A stretch of DNA of 62,727 bases, counting the filler, from Choristocarpus tenellus KU-1152 (lineage: Eukaryota > Protista > Phaeophyceae), in NCBI GenBank assembly GCA_964200185.2. It is 9 parts of 9 records of this genome, joined end to end, with 100 filler letters (N's around TTAATTAATTAA, not from the genome) between each part and the next. Parts side by side here need not be neighbours in the genome. Positions count along the whole stretch, not along the records: positions 12,771 to 16,788 come from CAXNAD020016646.1; positions 16,889 to 21,641 come from CAXNAD020013187.1; positions 21,742 to 27,715 come from CAXNAD020009276.1; 6 more parts are not named here. The stretch is one strand, 5' to 3'. The position numbers and the translations under genes were made by a program. This document shows, piece after piece, positions 12,671 through 25,597 of the stretch (its first letter is position 1; each line of letters starts with the position of its first letter). The notes below the pieces were generated by a model. That model was not told where the DNA came from. It did not search any database and saw only the letters and a program-made list of their open reading frames with translations.

Positions 12671-13593
12671 NNNNNNNNNNNNNNNNNNNNNNNNNNNNNN
12701 NNNNNNNNNNNNNNTTAATTAATTAANNNNNNNNNNNNNNNNNNNNNNNNNNNNNNNNNNNNNNNNNNNNCCAAAATCATCAAAGAGGATAAAGGAGATA
12801 AACCCGGCGAGATTGCTTGGTGTCTGTAGAGTTGGAAGAGTCTAATCGAACATATGGCCCCTGTGGTCGCAAGAAAAGGAGGATTTTGTTTTTTTAATCT
12901 TTTGACAGGAAATTTTATCATATTTTTCGCAAAAGGTGAGGACTGTAGCAAAGAGCCCTGCAGACGAGCAGAGGGAGAACGCGAAGGCACGGAAAGCTGC
13001 CCTTGCCAAGGAGAGGGAGGCCCTGAGACGGGCAGTGGGATTCCGTCACGTTGTGGACGCCTTGTCAGATTGAGGAAAGCCTGTAATAGTACACAATGGA
13101 TTGCTGGTAGGTGGTGGCGACTTTGAGGAGGTACTGGGAGAGTGGAAGGGGGAAGGGGCTTTGAAGTAGGGAGTGATGCGTACATAGCCTGTTCTGTGTT
13201 GGCGAGGTGATGAGAGTACACCAGAGCGCACTACAGAAGTACTCGTTGTGCAGGAAAAAGTTCTTGCGATGAAGAAACTCTGCGCCGAGCGATTTTTCCC
13301 GAGACGTAATTTAGTTGGGGGGTTTTTGTCCTCTATCGTTTTTCCGATGATAAACTTGTTAAAGTATTCGCTTTGAAAAATAAACGCCTTGAATGCCTGG
13401 TACCCTCCCCCCTCCCCCCAACAACTCGCACCAGCCGCCCCATTTCTAATATTTACACTAGCCGTTTCCTGTCCGTTACCTCTGACCAGGCCCTCTTGCC
13501 ACGGCACAACACCCGCTTCTGCTCCAGGACCTCCTTCACACCTACGACAAACTTGTGGGTCAAATTCCTTTTGCCCACGCCGATGCGACAAAG

Positions 13594-16304
13594 GCGCTCC
13601 ACACCCTCTTTCGCTTAGTGTTTGACAGCAAGACTCTTCTGGAGAGTGCTAGGGACTGTGGGCTTGGCATCCGACAAAGCACGCTTGGCCGTGCGTACAG
13701 CTTTTTCCAAGACCAGAAGGAGGCGGCGGCGGCTGCAGAAGCCAACGCCAACGCCAACGCCACCGCCGCCGCCATAGCCGCCGAAGGGGTGTCAGTGAAG
13801 AAGGCGTTTGTTGTTCCAGGACCGAGCAAGGTTTGGGACACCTCGATCGCTCCTGGGTTTGACCGCTACAGAGCGGTTGGGGCTTCGGCTGGGGGCAAGG
13901 GAGAGGAAAGAGGAAAGGGTGGGGAGGGTTCGTTTGAACACGAGGCAGAATACGACGCTCACCTTACGGGATGCTGCTTTGTTGCGGCAGCATTGTTCTT
14001 GGGGGCTGAGGTTGAGTGGCTTCGGGGAATGGGGTGGGGGGGAGATGTGCCGTGCGTGCTAGCTAATGACCGTATTCCTCTTCACCGCATGGTTAGAGGG
14101 AGAGTGATTTGGGGATGCCAGAGTGATGGGGTGATTTTTCAGGCATTGGGGAGGGAGGGAGGGGGTGGGGAGGGGTTTTGTTGCGATTGTTGGTCGTTTG
14201 GGTTTTAAAGTTTTACAATGCGCAGGTGGAAGCGTAAAGGTTTGTTGCAGTTGGCGATACAGATACCTAACACACTTTTTACAGCTTTGCATTGATAAGT
14301 TGAGGTTTTAGGGGGCGGCAAGGGGGGAGGTTAGAATTGTAATTATTGAGAGATCGCGTTTCGGTTGTCTGGCCTGGAATAGTAAACAGCACACAGCTGA
14401 AGGTCGAACTACAAGATAGAACTTACCCGAAATATGTCATCCTGTTCTTCCATATCGTACACAAAGTTGAAAATTCCTTGAGTAAATTCCAGGGCATTGT
14501 ACTGGACCAGTTAGCTGCCATATGGTCAGGTCATGAGTCGGATTTTTTTTAAGGGTTGGCCAGAAAGGTGTGATGGGAATTTAGAGGTACTAGGCCACAG
14601 AGGATTTGGGGCAAGATATATTTTGAAAGGATCAGACCAGTTTCCATCAAAAGTACATATAATTGTGTTACACTCTAGTACTATTGTTTTAGATTTTTCA
14701 ATAGATATCATTCGATATCCAGTGCTTTAGGGTGTAGAACTCTAATAAAATAGTAGAATTATTTTATTATATTTAATAATTGTAGGTAAAGAGGTATCTC
14801 TGGAGTAGCCCAGGTAAGGTATCTTTAAGGGGTTGGGCTGGGCCTTCAAGAAATGTGAGAGGGCTTCGGTCGGTGTAAGATACTCTATGCAGTAGGAAAG
14901 CTCTACATTGATCTTCTCAAGAGGGAGAAGTTCTGAGCCAGTTTGCATCAGAGATTCAAAGTGTGACCATGAGTTGGAGGGAGGTTTTGGATGTGGAAAA
15001 AATTGAAATTTCCGCTCTCTTAAATTCTCTGTCCTTCCTGTCACAAAGCCCAATCAATATTTTTTGTGTCTTCCTTGAGGTTCTTTATGAAAGAAGAGTG
15101 ATTACCATATTGTAATACATTTGAAGTACAGAGTAGTTCTGTGTTCGTGTAGTATTTTCATATTTATATCTCACAATTGATAGGTTGTAATGTGTTAAAC
15201 TAGTGTCCAACCAATGGCAGTTACATATGCCCGATTGTGTGATCATCCCCTTTCATGCCCTTCTTCCCTTACTTTCTGCTTTGTGCCTACACATCTCAAT
15301 CTCTGACCTCTCCCCAAGCCTCCCATGTATTCCCTCACTACCTTCCAGACCTGCACACTCTGTCTTGCTCCTTCTAACCCCTCCCCTTCCTCTGCCCCTC
15401 CCTACTGCTCTTCCTCATGTATTGCCGTGCATGGTTGCTGTTCCTGCCCCTTTTGTCTCAAGTCATTCCTCTTTTTGTCGATGTTGCACTCCTCCTGCCT
15501 GCTTGGCCCCCTGTCGCCCAACCAAACGTGACTTTCCTACAATATTATTGGGGAAACTGTGGGCAACTGCCTGTGTGACTGGATGCCCCCAAAATGGCTG
15601 ATTGATGCGCATATTGTGATATGAAACGTTGTGATGGGATGGAATGCTGCTTGGTATCACATGTCATGGTGTCACACAATGCATCATATGATCGGATGTC
15701 ATGGAATACGGCCCTGGTGGCTGTTGTGTGTTTTGCATGTATATTTTCCCACCACATAAACCACTGCATGTACCTCACGACTTGACAAAATTGTATACAA
15801 CTTTTGACATTGGCAATGAACAAGATCGGTGGAGTGTCCATGCATCTGCCAGGGCCTTCCCCCTCGGCAGACCCATCTCTTCTCCTTCACGTCTCAGGTT
15901 TCCCTTCCAAATCTCGAACAATCCACATTATACGACCTCTTCGATCACTAATCCCTGATGACAGCGCCAAGCTTTCCTGGATAGATGACACCTCAGCAAT
16001 CCTGGAGTGTGGTACCAAAGAGGGGGCAGCAAGGTGTCTGACTGGCTGCAGGGCAGCCACAGTCAATGCTGGGGGACACAATGTCCCCGCCACACACCCT
16101 GAACAGCTGTCCTTAAAAAATCTCGTAGTTGTTCCCTTCAAGGCATCCCTGTTAAGGGGCGAACGGGAGGTAGAAAGTGAGACTAATAGGAGTAGAAGAA
16201 ATCGATATGCACGGGAGATTAACATAGGAGAGAATGAGGTTGGACGTAACCATGGCTGGGGGAAAAGTTTGAAGAGGGCCAGAGAGGGATGTGTTGTGTC
16301 ATGA
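13594..16304 (+). CDS. PARN: PARN-like poly(A)-specific ribonuclease (CAF1/DEDD family), 3' part; exons ~13594-14091 and 15825-16304 (stop)
   Basis: LFRLVFDSKTLL resembles PARN FPRLLDTKLM; HEAEYDAHLTGCCF matches the ExoIII motif HEAGYDAYITG; LLHVSGFP...LSWIDDTSA matches the PARN RRM. Phase-0 junction RM|IGG. Confidence 0.85.
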
Positions 16305-17740
16305 TAATGACAATCGGTTGTGTTATGAAGCAGACTGAGGTTTCCTCGTTTTTTGTTACTGTAGAAGTCCGCACCATGTTTTGAAATGCTTCAGTGGGGG
16401 ACCAAATGGATGAGAATGTCTTTGGCTTTCTTGGGTGGGGGGTGTTGTTTGAAACATCTAGAGGTTAGGACAAGCAAGTTGGGATACTATGACTGCAAAA
16501 GCCGTGCGGCTTCCAAGAGCACACAGACTATGCACAATGACATAGAAGGATTATATATATATAAATTATTGGAGCAGAACCAGTAAGACATACGTGAGGT
16601 TGTCTGTGCCACTTGAAGAGCTACTACTACCCTCCATAGATGAAGCTAGTCTCTGTTGTGCTGCCACTGCTGTTTCGTACAGCAATAAGCTGTGGGAGCG
16701 TAGTCTGGTATATCTTAAGCACTGTGTGAATCACCAGTGGATAACCAGATGTGATGATGCGGTTAAGGGGTCAAAGTATCTGGGGGGGNNNNNNNNNNNN
16801 NNNNNNNNNNNNNNNNNNNNNNNNNNNNNNNNTTAATTAATTAANNNNNNNNNNNNNNNNNNNNNNNNNNNNNNNNNNNNNNNNNNNNGACAGTATTTTT
16901 TTTCCTCAATTTTTGAACTATTATAAAAAAAAAATCACAAATCCCCTCCATTTATGTTTTTCCTAAACCACTCAAAAAGAAAAAAAGTAGCTAAGCGATT
17001 GGAAAAAGAATTATCCAACCAGGAAAACCTACTCCACCCCCCCACTACCTTTACCCACTACACTACCTCTACTGTCTTGATGTCTCCTCTTGCCCATCCC
17101 CGATATCTTGGGAGGCGTTGGTGGTGGTATCAAATTAAAAGAAGACCACGGACCTAGAGTTGGTTGTTGTCATTGGCTATTACTGTATTATACTTACCTG
17201 TATTGTAACTATATTCCTTACTGGAGTGGGTACTGTTGATTCAGTTTTTACTATTTTTTTTGTGCAGAGGTAGGGTTAGGGCAGTGTGACTATTGGGTTT
17301 GAACAAGCATAGTGGCGTCCGCAAACGTTTTTTCAATGTGTCCTTGTGCATCAAAATATCCAGTGTGACCTCACAATGGTATATTACTGTTTGCTACATC
17401 TCTCTCTATGTATATATATATGTGTGTGTGTGTGTGTATGTATCCCTACAGACAGAAGTATCAGTAAGCAAAAATATATATTAAAAAAAATAAGATTAGT
17501 CTGTTAACTTTTCTAGTGTATTGTTGAATATACAGTAAGTTCAATCCGGTATTGGTTTCATACGCATCCCACGTATTTTATGTCTTATATTTTATTTTAT
17601 TATATTTATTTTTTTAGTGATGACAAAAATAAATTTTAAAAAAGTGTTGTGAAGTATTAAAAAAAAAAAGTATTCATTCGTGAGTTCGAAAAGGTACGTC
17701 TACACGTGTCAGGTTCTAAATGGTTTTTAACACGTATCAG

Positions 17741-20144
17741 GTTCTGTCTACGAGAGGAAGGAAAGATGTGGACGCCAAGGACGTCAAGGTCAAGGTCATC
17801 GTGGAGGCGTTTGACCTCCTTTATCTCAACGGAAAGGTCAGGACCTCCCATAATAATGAGGCGTTTCTCTCAGCCTTCGCGCATACTCTTTCTTGCAGTG
17901 AAACTTTATTGACGAGTATCTAGTGAGAAGTCAGTCTGCATAATGATGGTGCCCACACACCTCCCAACTGTGTGTCATAAATTAAAAAAATATATATATA
18001 TAATCCAAAAAAAAAAAAAACATAAAAAAGTAGAAAATGAACTGTTGTTTCTGGAACGTGTACTCCATGTGTCTATGAAAAATAAATAAAACATAAAAAG
18101 ACATCCCACCTGGCAGTAGACAAAGTAAGGCTTGCTTAGGATTACCTCACCGACGTCCCTGTTCTTTGATGAGAGACAAGACAAGCACATCCCCCCTCCC
18201 CCTTGACATGCCGCCCCCTAAGGCGCCTGTGTGCGTTTGATCTCTATCTCTGGTTTTTTCTTGTTTTGACTTTGTGTTTTGATGTGTCATCGATAGGGTT
18301 AGGGCTAGGGTTAGGGCTAGGGTTAGGGCTAGGGTTAGGGTTATATCCTACCTCGGAGGGGGTTGTCATTGAGTATCCGTGGGCCCTTTGACTAGACTAA
18401 CTTCTGTGTAGTAGTACATCTACCCCCCCGCCCTATCACCTTGAAAGGCGGTGTTGTACTTGTGTTGACGAACACTTGTCTTCCTGCTCTTCAATGGGCA
18501 TGGTCATCCAAAGGAAGGTTGCTGCATTTTATGGTATGGAGGGGAATGGGGCATCAAGAAGGAGGCCTTAAAGGCCCAGAATGCTCAAAAAAATTAACTA
18601 AATAAGACCCTCCTTAATGAAATGGTGACCCCATGTATATGTATGTGTGGGTGCACCAATAAGTAATTACCTCTGGTTTGAAGACATGCAGTACCCCCCT
18701 CGTTTCCCTTTCCTACTTTACCGTTTCATTTGGTATGTGGGCATATAGTTCATACACACACTATGTATATACTATCCCTTGTGCATACGTATCACCATCC
18801 ACATAACATGTACAACAGTCGTAACATGTACAACAGTTCTCTCGCCTGTTGACCCATGGTACAATGGAGATACATATCGAGACCTTTTTCTGGTTGTTAT
18901 TGTTGTGTGTATCAGCATTTTGACTCCATTCCGGTGAAGCAAGTAGGTGGGTAGTGTAGCTCAGATTACATGGGCGGGCTATAGAGCTGACTGGGGTAAT
19001 CAATCCTACCCAATTCCCTGAATTATTACATACACCCGGCAGTACTTGTGTTTGGTAGGTGAGGTGAGGGTGTGGAAAAGAGACTATCAGATTCCCTATG
19101 AAAACATGGAGCGGGTTGTATGTTTCTATCCTCACAGTGCATTTATCACAGCCACTGTTGCAGAGAGAGGAAAACTTAAGTGTTTGTCGGCTGCTTTGTA
19201 GAGAGACATCTCATTGGTCAAGTCTCTACAAGGAAGGTTGGAGGGTGTAATTTGTGTAGTATAGTTGAATTTCCCTAGTTTGTTTTGAGTCAAAAGTATC
19301 TTAGGGGGGTAGAGACTCACGCGCCCTTTTGGAGTCCAAAATTTAATGTTTCGATTTTGATGTGATATTGACTATCGTGTTTGTTAGGAAGTGTCAATAT
19401 CCTTGTTCCAGAAATACACATGATACCTACTCCAAAACGTACACACTTTACCAACTCCGAAACATTTCGGAATAGAAAATATCACTAAAAACCCCATATG
19501 AAGTCAAGAAAGACCCAAACGGACAAAAGGGGAAAAACTGGTAAAACCCTCTGAAACTCTTTCACTCTTTGATCGCGGTACTGGTAATAGTCACCCATGA
19601 CACTCTAGGGCTTATTTTATGGCTATTTGAGCTACTTTTATTTTTTGTGTAATATCTGGGTATGGTTCAAGTCAAAGAGCTTCAGTACATTTTTTTTTTA
19701 TGAAGGTTCAAATTTCAGTAAAAAGTACACGATACAATACTGTCCTAATTTCAAGGCCGAATTTTGTTTCAAATGGGGGTTTGGTCTAGTTGGTGGCAAT
19801 ATGGTATTACAAAGGAATGAACTGTTGACAGTACATACATACATACATACATATATATGTGTGTACAAATGATGACCCCATCACCCACTGCACCACCTAA
19901 GAAAAATTGTATCTCACCCACCTCTCACTCACCTGAAATTAATGTACTGGTTCATACCCACATATATGCCTGATCCCCATGTTTTGCAACCATGCCTTCT
20001 CACTTCTCAACCATAACCCCATACCTGCACACCTACGTGCAGTCCCTTCTCCAGAGCCCTTTGCAGGAAAGACGTGAAGCCTTGAGAGGGGCCTTTGACG
20101 AAGTAGAAGGTCGGTTCCGCTTCGCCAGCTACATGGACCACAAG
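17741..20144 (+). CDS. LIG1: DNA ligase I, two internal exons of the adenylation domain (17741-17836, 20043-20144)
   Basis: [32 protein letters not shown]|[28 protein letters not shown] matches LIG1/Cdc9 around motif IIIa (AFDLLYLNG). AG/GT boundaries, phase 0. Confidence 0.9.
18235..18283 (+). repeat. Interstitial telomere-like array with alternating TTAGGG/CTAGGG
   Basis: AGGGTTAGGGCTAGGGTTAGGGCTAGGGTTAGGGCTAGGGTTAGGGTTA. Confidence 0.9.
19287..19567. mobile_element. MITE family B in a LIG1 intron
   Basis: GAGTCAAAAGTATCTTAGGGGGGTAG...TTTCACTC flanked by TTT on both sides. Confidence 0.8.
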
Positions 20145-20286
20145 GTGCGTCTATTGCGTCGGACCTTGTGCTACATGAGGCTCAGTGCACGGGAAGCGTT
20201 CGTGTTGTGGGTATCATTATCGATTTTGTCTTATTTTTCTGAGAAGAATTTAGTAACTAGAAGTTCGTGATATTAAAGTGAACGTT

Positions 20287-20359
20287 GGGGGATTAGCTCA
20301 AATGGTAGAGCGCTTCCTTAGCATGGAAGAAGTAGTGGGATCGATACCCACATTCTCCA
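20287..20359 (+). tRNA. tRNA-Ala(AGC), 73 nt, probably within a LIG1 intron
   Basis: Full cloverleaf: acceptor GGGGGAT/ATTCTCC plus discriminator A with the G3:U70 Ala identity pair, D arm GCTC-AAATGGTA-GAGC, anticodon stem CTTCC/GGAAG with loop TTAGCAT, T arm GTGGG-ATCGATA-CCCAC, T-rich tail. Confidence 0.96.
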
Positions 20360-21804
20360 CTTTATTTGTAATATTTTTCTATTAGAATTTTTGTTAAATT
20401 GTGTCTGTCAGCGATTGGGTCATACCGATTGTAACATAGTACATTTTTAGGGTTGTGGTTGCTATTGTTACTATCACAATTAAATCTTAATAGATTGAAT
20501 TATAACAGATATTTTACGCACTTCAATGTTCTCAAAACATTCTGGTCAAAAACAGGTTTTAAATCATTTTTTTATTTTCACCTCTTGGACAACGTTTCAG
20601 TAAACGTAACAGACGTGGTATATTCGTGTTTGTTTGTTTTGGACTGGAGTGTTACATAGTCCGAGTTATGAGTTATTGATAGGGTTAGGGTTAGGTAAGT
20701 GACGCACAAGAACAATGCTTCTACTACTACTACTACTACTACTGTAAACACAAAGTATTTTGTTCTGGTTATCTACATGGATGTTGCAAATCCCAGAATG
20801 GCGTTCATATTTTTTTAATGTGGAGATGTGATAAGGTACCAACTTCTCCCCCAAGCGGTCATATCTATCTTGTGTTTTTTCCCATTCTGGTCCTCTTTGT
20901 AGGCACATGTTCCTCAGTCTTGTGTTCTCCAGGTGTAGGGAATGGATAGAGTGACCTACCATCCGAGGCTTCAATCCGCTGGTCTCTGGTTTTATATAGA
21001 TGTCACATAGGTGCAAGAAATGTGGTTTGGTGTCCTCTAATTCCCTTGGTTTTCGCTGTGAGGGGTGACCATAATAGACTCCGGGTCATCATAATCCTGT
21101 TATATAGTGGCATAGTATAAGTATAATCGCATGGCTAGCGATGGTGTCATCACAATGTCAAAAACAGACATTTTTGTTGTGAGATGAAAGGGATATCAGA
21201 ATTCTGAGGTGTCAGAAGGGAAGGAAAACGCGGGGATACACGTTTTGTTTATATATATTAGATTTTTTTTAGTCAGATAGCAAGCACCACTGAGGTTGGT
21301 CAACAATACACTCACTATTATTGATAAGAGTGAGACCAAACACCATTGTATCCGTTGTAGGACACACAAATAGCATCAACAATTCTTGAACCATGCTTTC
21401 ACACTTTTTTACTTCATATACTAATATCTTAATATCTTTCAGGGTGCGTGTGTCACAGAGCCCTCTAGGTGTGCAAACCTACTTCAGAGTTCGAGGAGGA
21501 AATTAAAAAAAAAATGTTGAGCTCTCAGTGTATTGATAAGGTCATCCCCGTTGCAATTATCACACGGAATGTGTTTTCGGTTTTCTCTTCCCCTCCCCCT
21601 TTTTTTGTTCTTTTTTTTTTTGTGTTTTTTTTTTTTTTGTTNNNNNNNNNNNNNNNNNNNNNNNNNNNNNNNNNNNNNNNNNNNNTTAATTAATTAANNN
21701 NNNNNNNNNNNNNNNNNNNNNNNNNNNNNNNNNNNNNNNNNGGCTTAGTGCTTCGTTTCGTTGACATTGTTCTTCCTCTGCCATGATCGACCTTTTTTCG
21801 GCAG

Positions 21805-24800
21805 GGATCAGGCAGAGCCAACAGTGAACACAAACTTCTTCAATACAGTGTCTTTCACAGAGAGCATGATGCCCCTGGTCAGAAGGTTGGAGAAGAGTTG
21901 GGGGGAAAGGAAGGAGGGCGGTCCCAAGGAAACGGTTGGGTGTTTGTTTGAGATAGTTCTTGCAGACAACGCCTTACAGTGCCTTGCTGGGACTTGTTAA
22001 TATATTTGGAAGTTGTTTTGTAACCTACACATAGAACATACGTTGACCATGTAATGTCATTTGTGTCACGAGAAAGAGAGATAGATATTGTTTTTCTCAG
22101 CGTCCAGTTCTTAGGAATATTACCCTCTCTGCACGGTGCGCATTAATTTTTTTCTTTGAAAGATGTCACCCTACCTGCCTCTCTTTTGTGGTGGAATGGT
22201 TGAGATGAATGCCATCTGTGCATGAGGGTGCTGAAGGACTGCAGTATGAGACCTGATGTTCAAGGTTGAGGAACAGGATTGTTGGTGGCACTGTTCTCTT
22301 TTGCTTCTCTTTTGCTTTGAAGCACATGATACTTTTTGCATTGTGGTGGTGCCAAGATGAAATGATAGTAAGGTTTAGTGGGTAGTGAACGTTGCAGGTC
22401 AAGTTAGGGTTAGGGTTATAGATACAATGCATAACTCCTTTCCATTGGTGCAAATATTCATTATTGTACATGTCTCCTACACCCTCAGTACTGTTGTGAA
22501 GTTTTTCAGTTCTTGCTTATATGAACCTCTTGCCTCCACTCAGGAGAAATATTGTGACCAGGTAGTGTAAACTTTCAATAGTGATACCATGTAAGCAACA
22601 ATCATTGTTCCCTTTGCTTTTCCATCTTCAGGAGCACTGCAGGGCGGGTGGTGAATGTGGCCAGTAGATTTGGACACCTTAGCATCATCCCAGATGGCAC
22701 TCTGAGGAGGAAGTTTGAAAGTCCCACACTCTCCAAGTGAGAATCCCAGATGGCTCTTATGATATGCTTTCATTTCATGTATATTATGTTTGTGTGTAGT
22801 ATGTGTGTGTTTTTTTATGTATATCTTGTGGATAGAGTACTATCGCACCAGTTCTACAGGACTGGTCTTCTTAGAAGATCGATCATAATGACAGAGTTGT
22901 CACTGGGGTGTTTTTATTGCTTCTAGGGCATACTCAGGAGTATGTGGTATTTTGCCTTTTGTTTTTGGGACATTTCATCCCTAACAATGGGCATAACCCT
23001 ACTGACAAAAGTAAATATAGTGCTATTTATATTAAGTGTGGGAATATAGGGACACTCTTGTACACATTTTTGGTGTAAAGTATATGCCTGCCATCGAATT
23101 TGTTACTGCCATGAGGAAATTTCTGTGTTTTTCTCTTCTCTTTCTAATAGTTATGAGCTCGTCTACGTTTTGATTTCACTCCTGTATCACCCCCATTTTC
23201 ACACTATTAAGTGTCCTTAGATACTTGTACACTAGTGGTTTTGGTCTAGAGTACTCTTATTGCTGTATGCTCTGTAAGTTGTAGTATTTGTAGTAGTAGG
23301 CAGTGGTAGTAGACTATATCCTCTTTTGTCACACTTTTTCTAGAGTGTGCAAACCTTATGCAATATGTTCACAGAAGCAATAAGTGTCTTATGTTTTTAT
23401 TGCTTAGTAATGTCTGAAATTCTTGGCACATCTTGTGATGTTCCCAAACGAGACCAACCAACTGTGTAGCACCTTTTTTTTCAAATAGCTGATTTGAGTG
23501 TTTCTGGTGTCCATGGTTCTTACGTTTGAGAGTACCCTCTAACTATTGGATAGTTTGGGCTTAAACATCTTTGTTCCCATGGTATTCACGAAGTTGTAGG
23601 ACTAGTGTATTATATATTTGAAGCAAGTTTGTTGAAGAGTAGAACACCACACTTCTTTTTTTAGTGAATGCCCCTTGTGTGTCCGTCGGCCAGCACTCTT
23701 AATCCAATGTTCTTTAGACAAAGAGCTACCTTTGAAAATAGATTCACTTGAATGGACCTGATGTATATACCTGGCACCCCAGTATCTCACGGCCATTTGT
23801 AGTATTTGACTAATCCTCCACACAAGAGTATACTTACTGCTTCACCTCAATCCATGATTCCAGAGTAGTGATTTACAAGGCAATCTTGGTTCCACAAATC
23901 CTATGTCAATTGTTTCCCACTCTACTGGCATCCCTGTTGTTGCTCAATATCAAGGGAGGAACTGTCATCACTTATGGCCAAGTTTGTGGAGGATGTTCAA
24001 AATGACCGACACAGGCAGGAGGGGTGGGCGAGCACATGCTATGGAATGAGCAAGCTGGGACTGATTGCCTACACAAAGGTGAGGATTGAGTCTTGTAGGG
24101 GATGTACACCCGAGGACCTCAAGGATTGGAGGGTCTAAGGTGGCTTTTCCTTTTCATGTACAGCATCTTATCCATGTTGAAATTGAAAGTGACATAACAT
24201 GCATGGTGCAGTTGTATAGAGCTGTAAGGAGCAATAGATATTGTACATACAATTTAGGAAGGTACCAATGAGCAAGACTGTATGGGTAATGGGTGGGGTG
24301 TTAGAGCCATGTGAGCCCTGCTTTGTGGTCTACGGGATTGAGATTTTGGACTTTTGATTGTCCAGCTTGTAGTACTTGACGGGAGCTTTAAAATCCTTCC
24401 TGTAGAACCTTGGCAAGTTGTGTTCACAATGGCATCATAATTCTGTCTAATGTGTTTGTCAAGGTGTTAGTACTGGGCTGTATCATGCCACTAGGAGTAG
24501 GAAGAGAAGTGGATGCTATCTGTCCCAAGGTGCATGAAGACACTGAAATCATTAATGAATACTTGTAGTGCTCATGTTGCAATTTGTACTTCACAGTTTA
24601 TGTGCTTGCAGATTGAATTTATATTCTTGGAAGGAATAGAAGAAGTGGATAGAGTTGATTGAAATGCAGGTATGTCCACATGTGTATAGGATACTTGTCC
24701 CATTTTGGTTGATTGGTGCTCGTATCTTCCATGGCAGGTTGTTGCCAGGATAGAGCAGGAGTCTGGTTCAGGCGTCCTTGTCAATGCCTGCTGTCCAGGT

Positions 24801-25597
24801 GAGGGGCCCATGCGTACCTTTTGGAGGGTGTACAAATCAGCATCATTTCACATATAACCTCACCTGGATGCTCTTTGGCTTACCATCAAATTTTACCTGG
24901 TGTGCAGAGTGTGAGCCACTGCTAGATTGCGAGACATGTCTCTTAAACACAGTAATGCATTAACTACTTAGAAAATGTCTATTTGCACAGTGAGACAGAA
25001 TTGTGGCTCAAAGTATCTGGGGGTGGCGGAGGCTGTCCATTTTGGGTCAATTTTTTCATGTCATGATTTCTGGGTGATTTGGTTGGATGGATAATGTAAA
25101 TGCAATTTTCCTGATTTTGACCCAAATGTATGCCCTGGTGTAGACCCCCCCCCCAGATACTTTGGGTCTGTATGGTGTATTCTGTTGACAACATCACCAA
25201 TCTTCTTTGTCTTGGTAGCACCATCCCTGGGCAGGAAGATATCAAGATTAGTGTACTATTAAGAGCAGTCAAGCCCTTGCTCGACACCTGATATGCAACG
25301 AGTGACTGTACACAAACCCACTGTATTCTGCATGGCCGATTAGCTCTACCAACAAGGAAGTTTAAGTCCTCTTTTTTTTATCTTCTTGGGTTGCTGCACG
25401 CCGCCCACCTTGCTGCTGCTGACGTTTTTGTCTTTTCATTTCTCCTTCCCAAAGGGTACTGCGACACTGACATGACATCTCATAGGGGATCAAGTCCAGC
25501 TGAAGTGGGTGCACTCACCCCTTTTATGCTGTCGCAGCTTCCAGATGGTGGATTTACGGGAGGTTTCTTTGCCGAAGAGAGGCCACTGGTGTGGTGA
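21805..25597 (+). CDS. Carbonyl reductase (CBR1-like short-chain dehydrogenase), 3' part; exons 21805-21885, 22632-22736, 23955-24078, 24738-24798, 25455-25597 (stop)
   Basis: QAEPTVNTNFF...; AGRVVNVAS; EELSSLMAKFVEDV...EGWASTCYGMSK (YxxxK catalytic motif); VLVNACCPG|YCDTDMTSH...GGFFAEERPLVW*. All splice phases are consistent. Confidence 0.92.
25005..25168. mobile_element. MITE family A in a carbonyl reductase intron
   Basis: TIR GGCTCAAAGTATCTGGGGG / CCCCCAGATACTTTGGGTC with a TGT target-site duplication. Confidence 0.85.
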
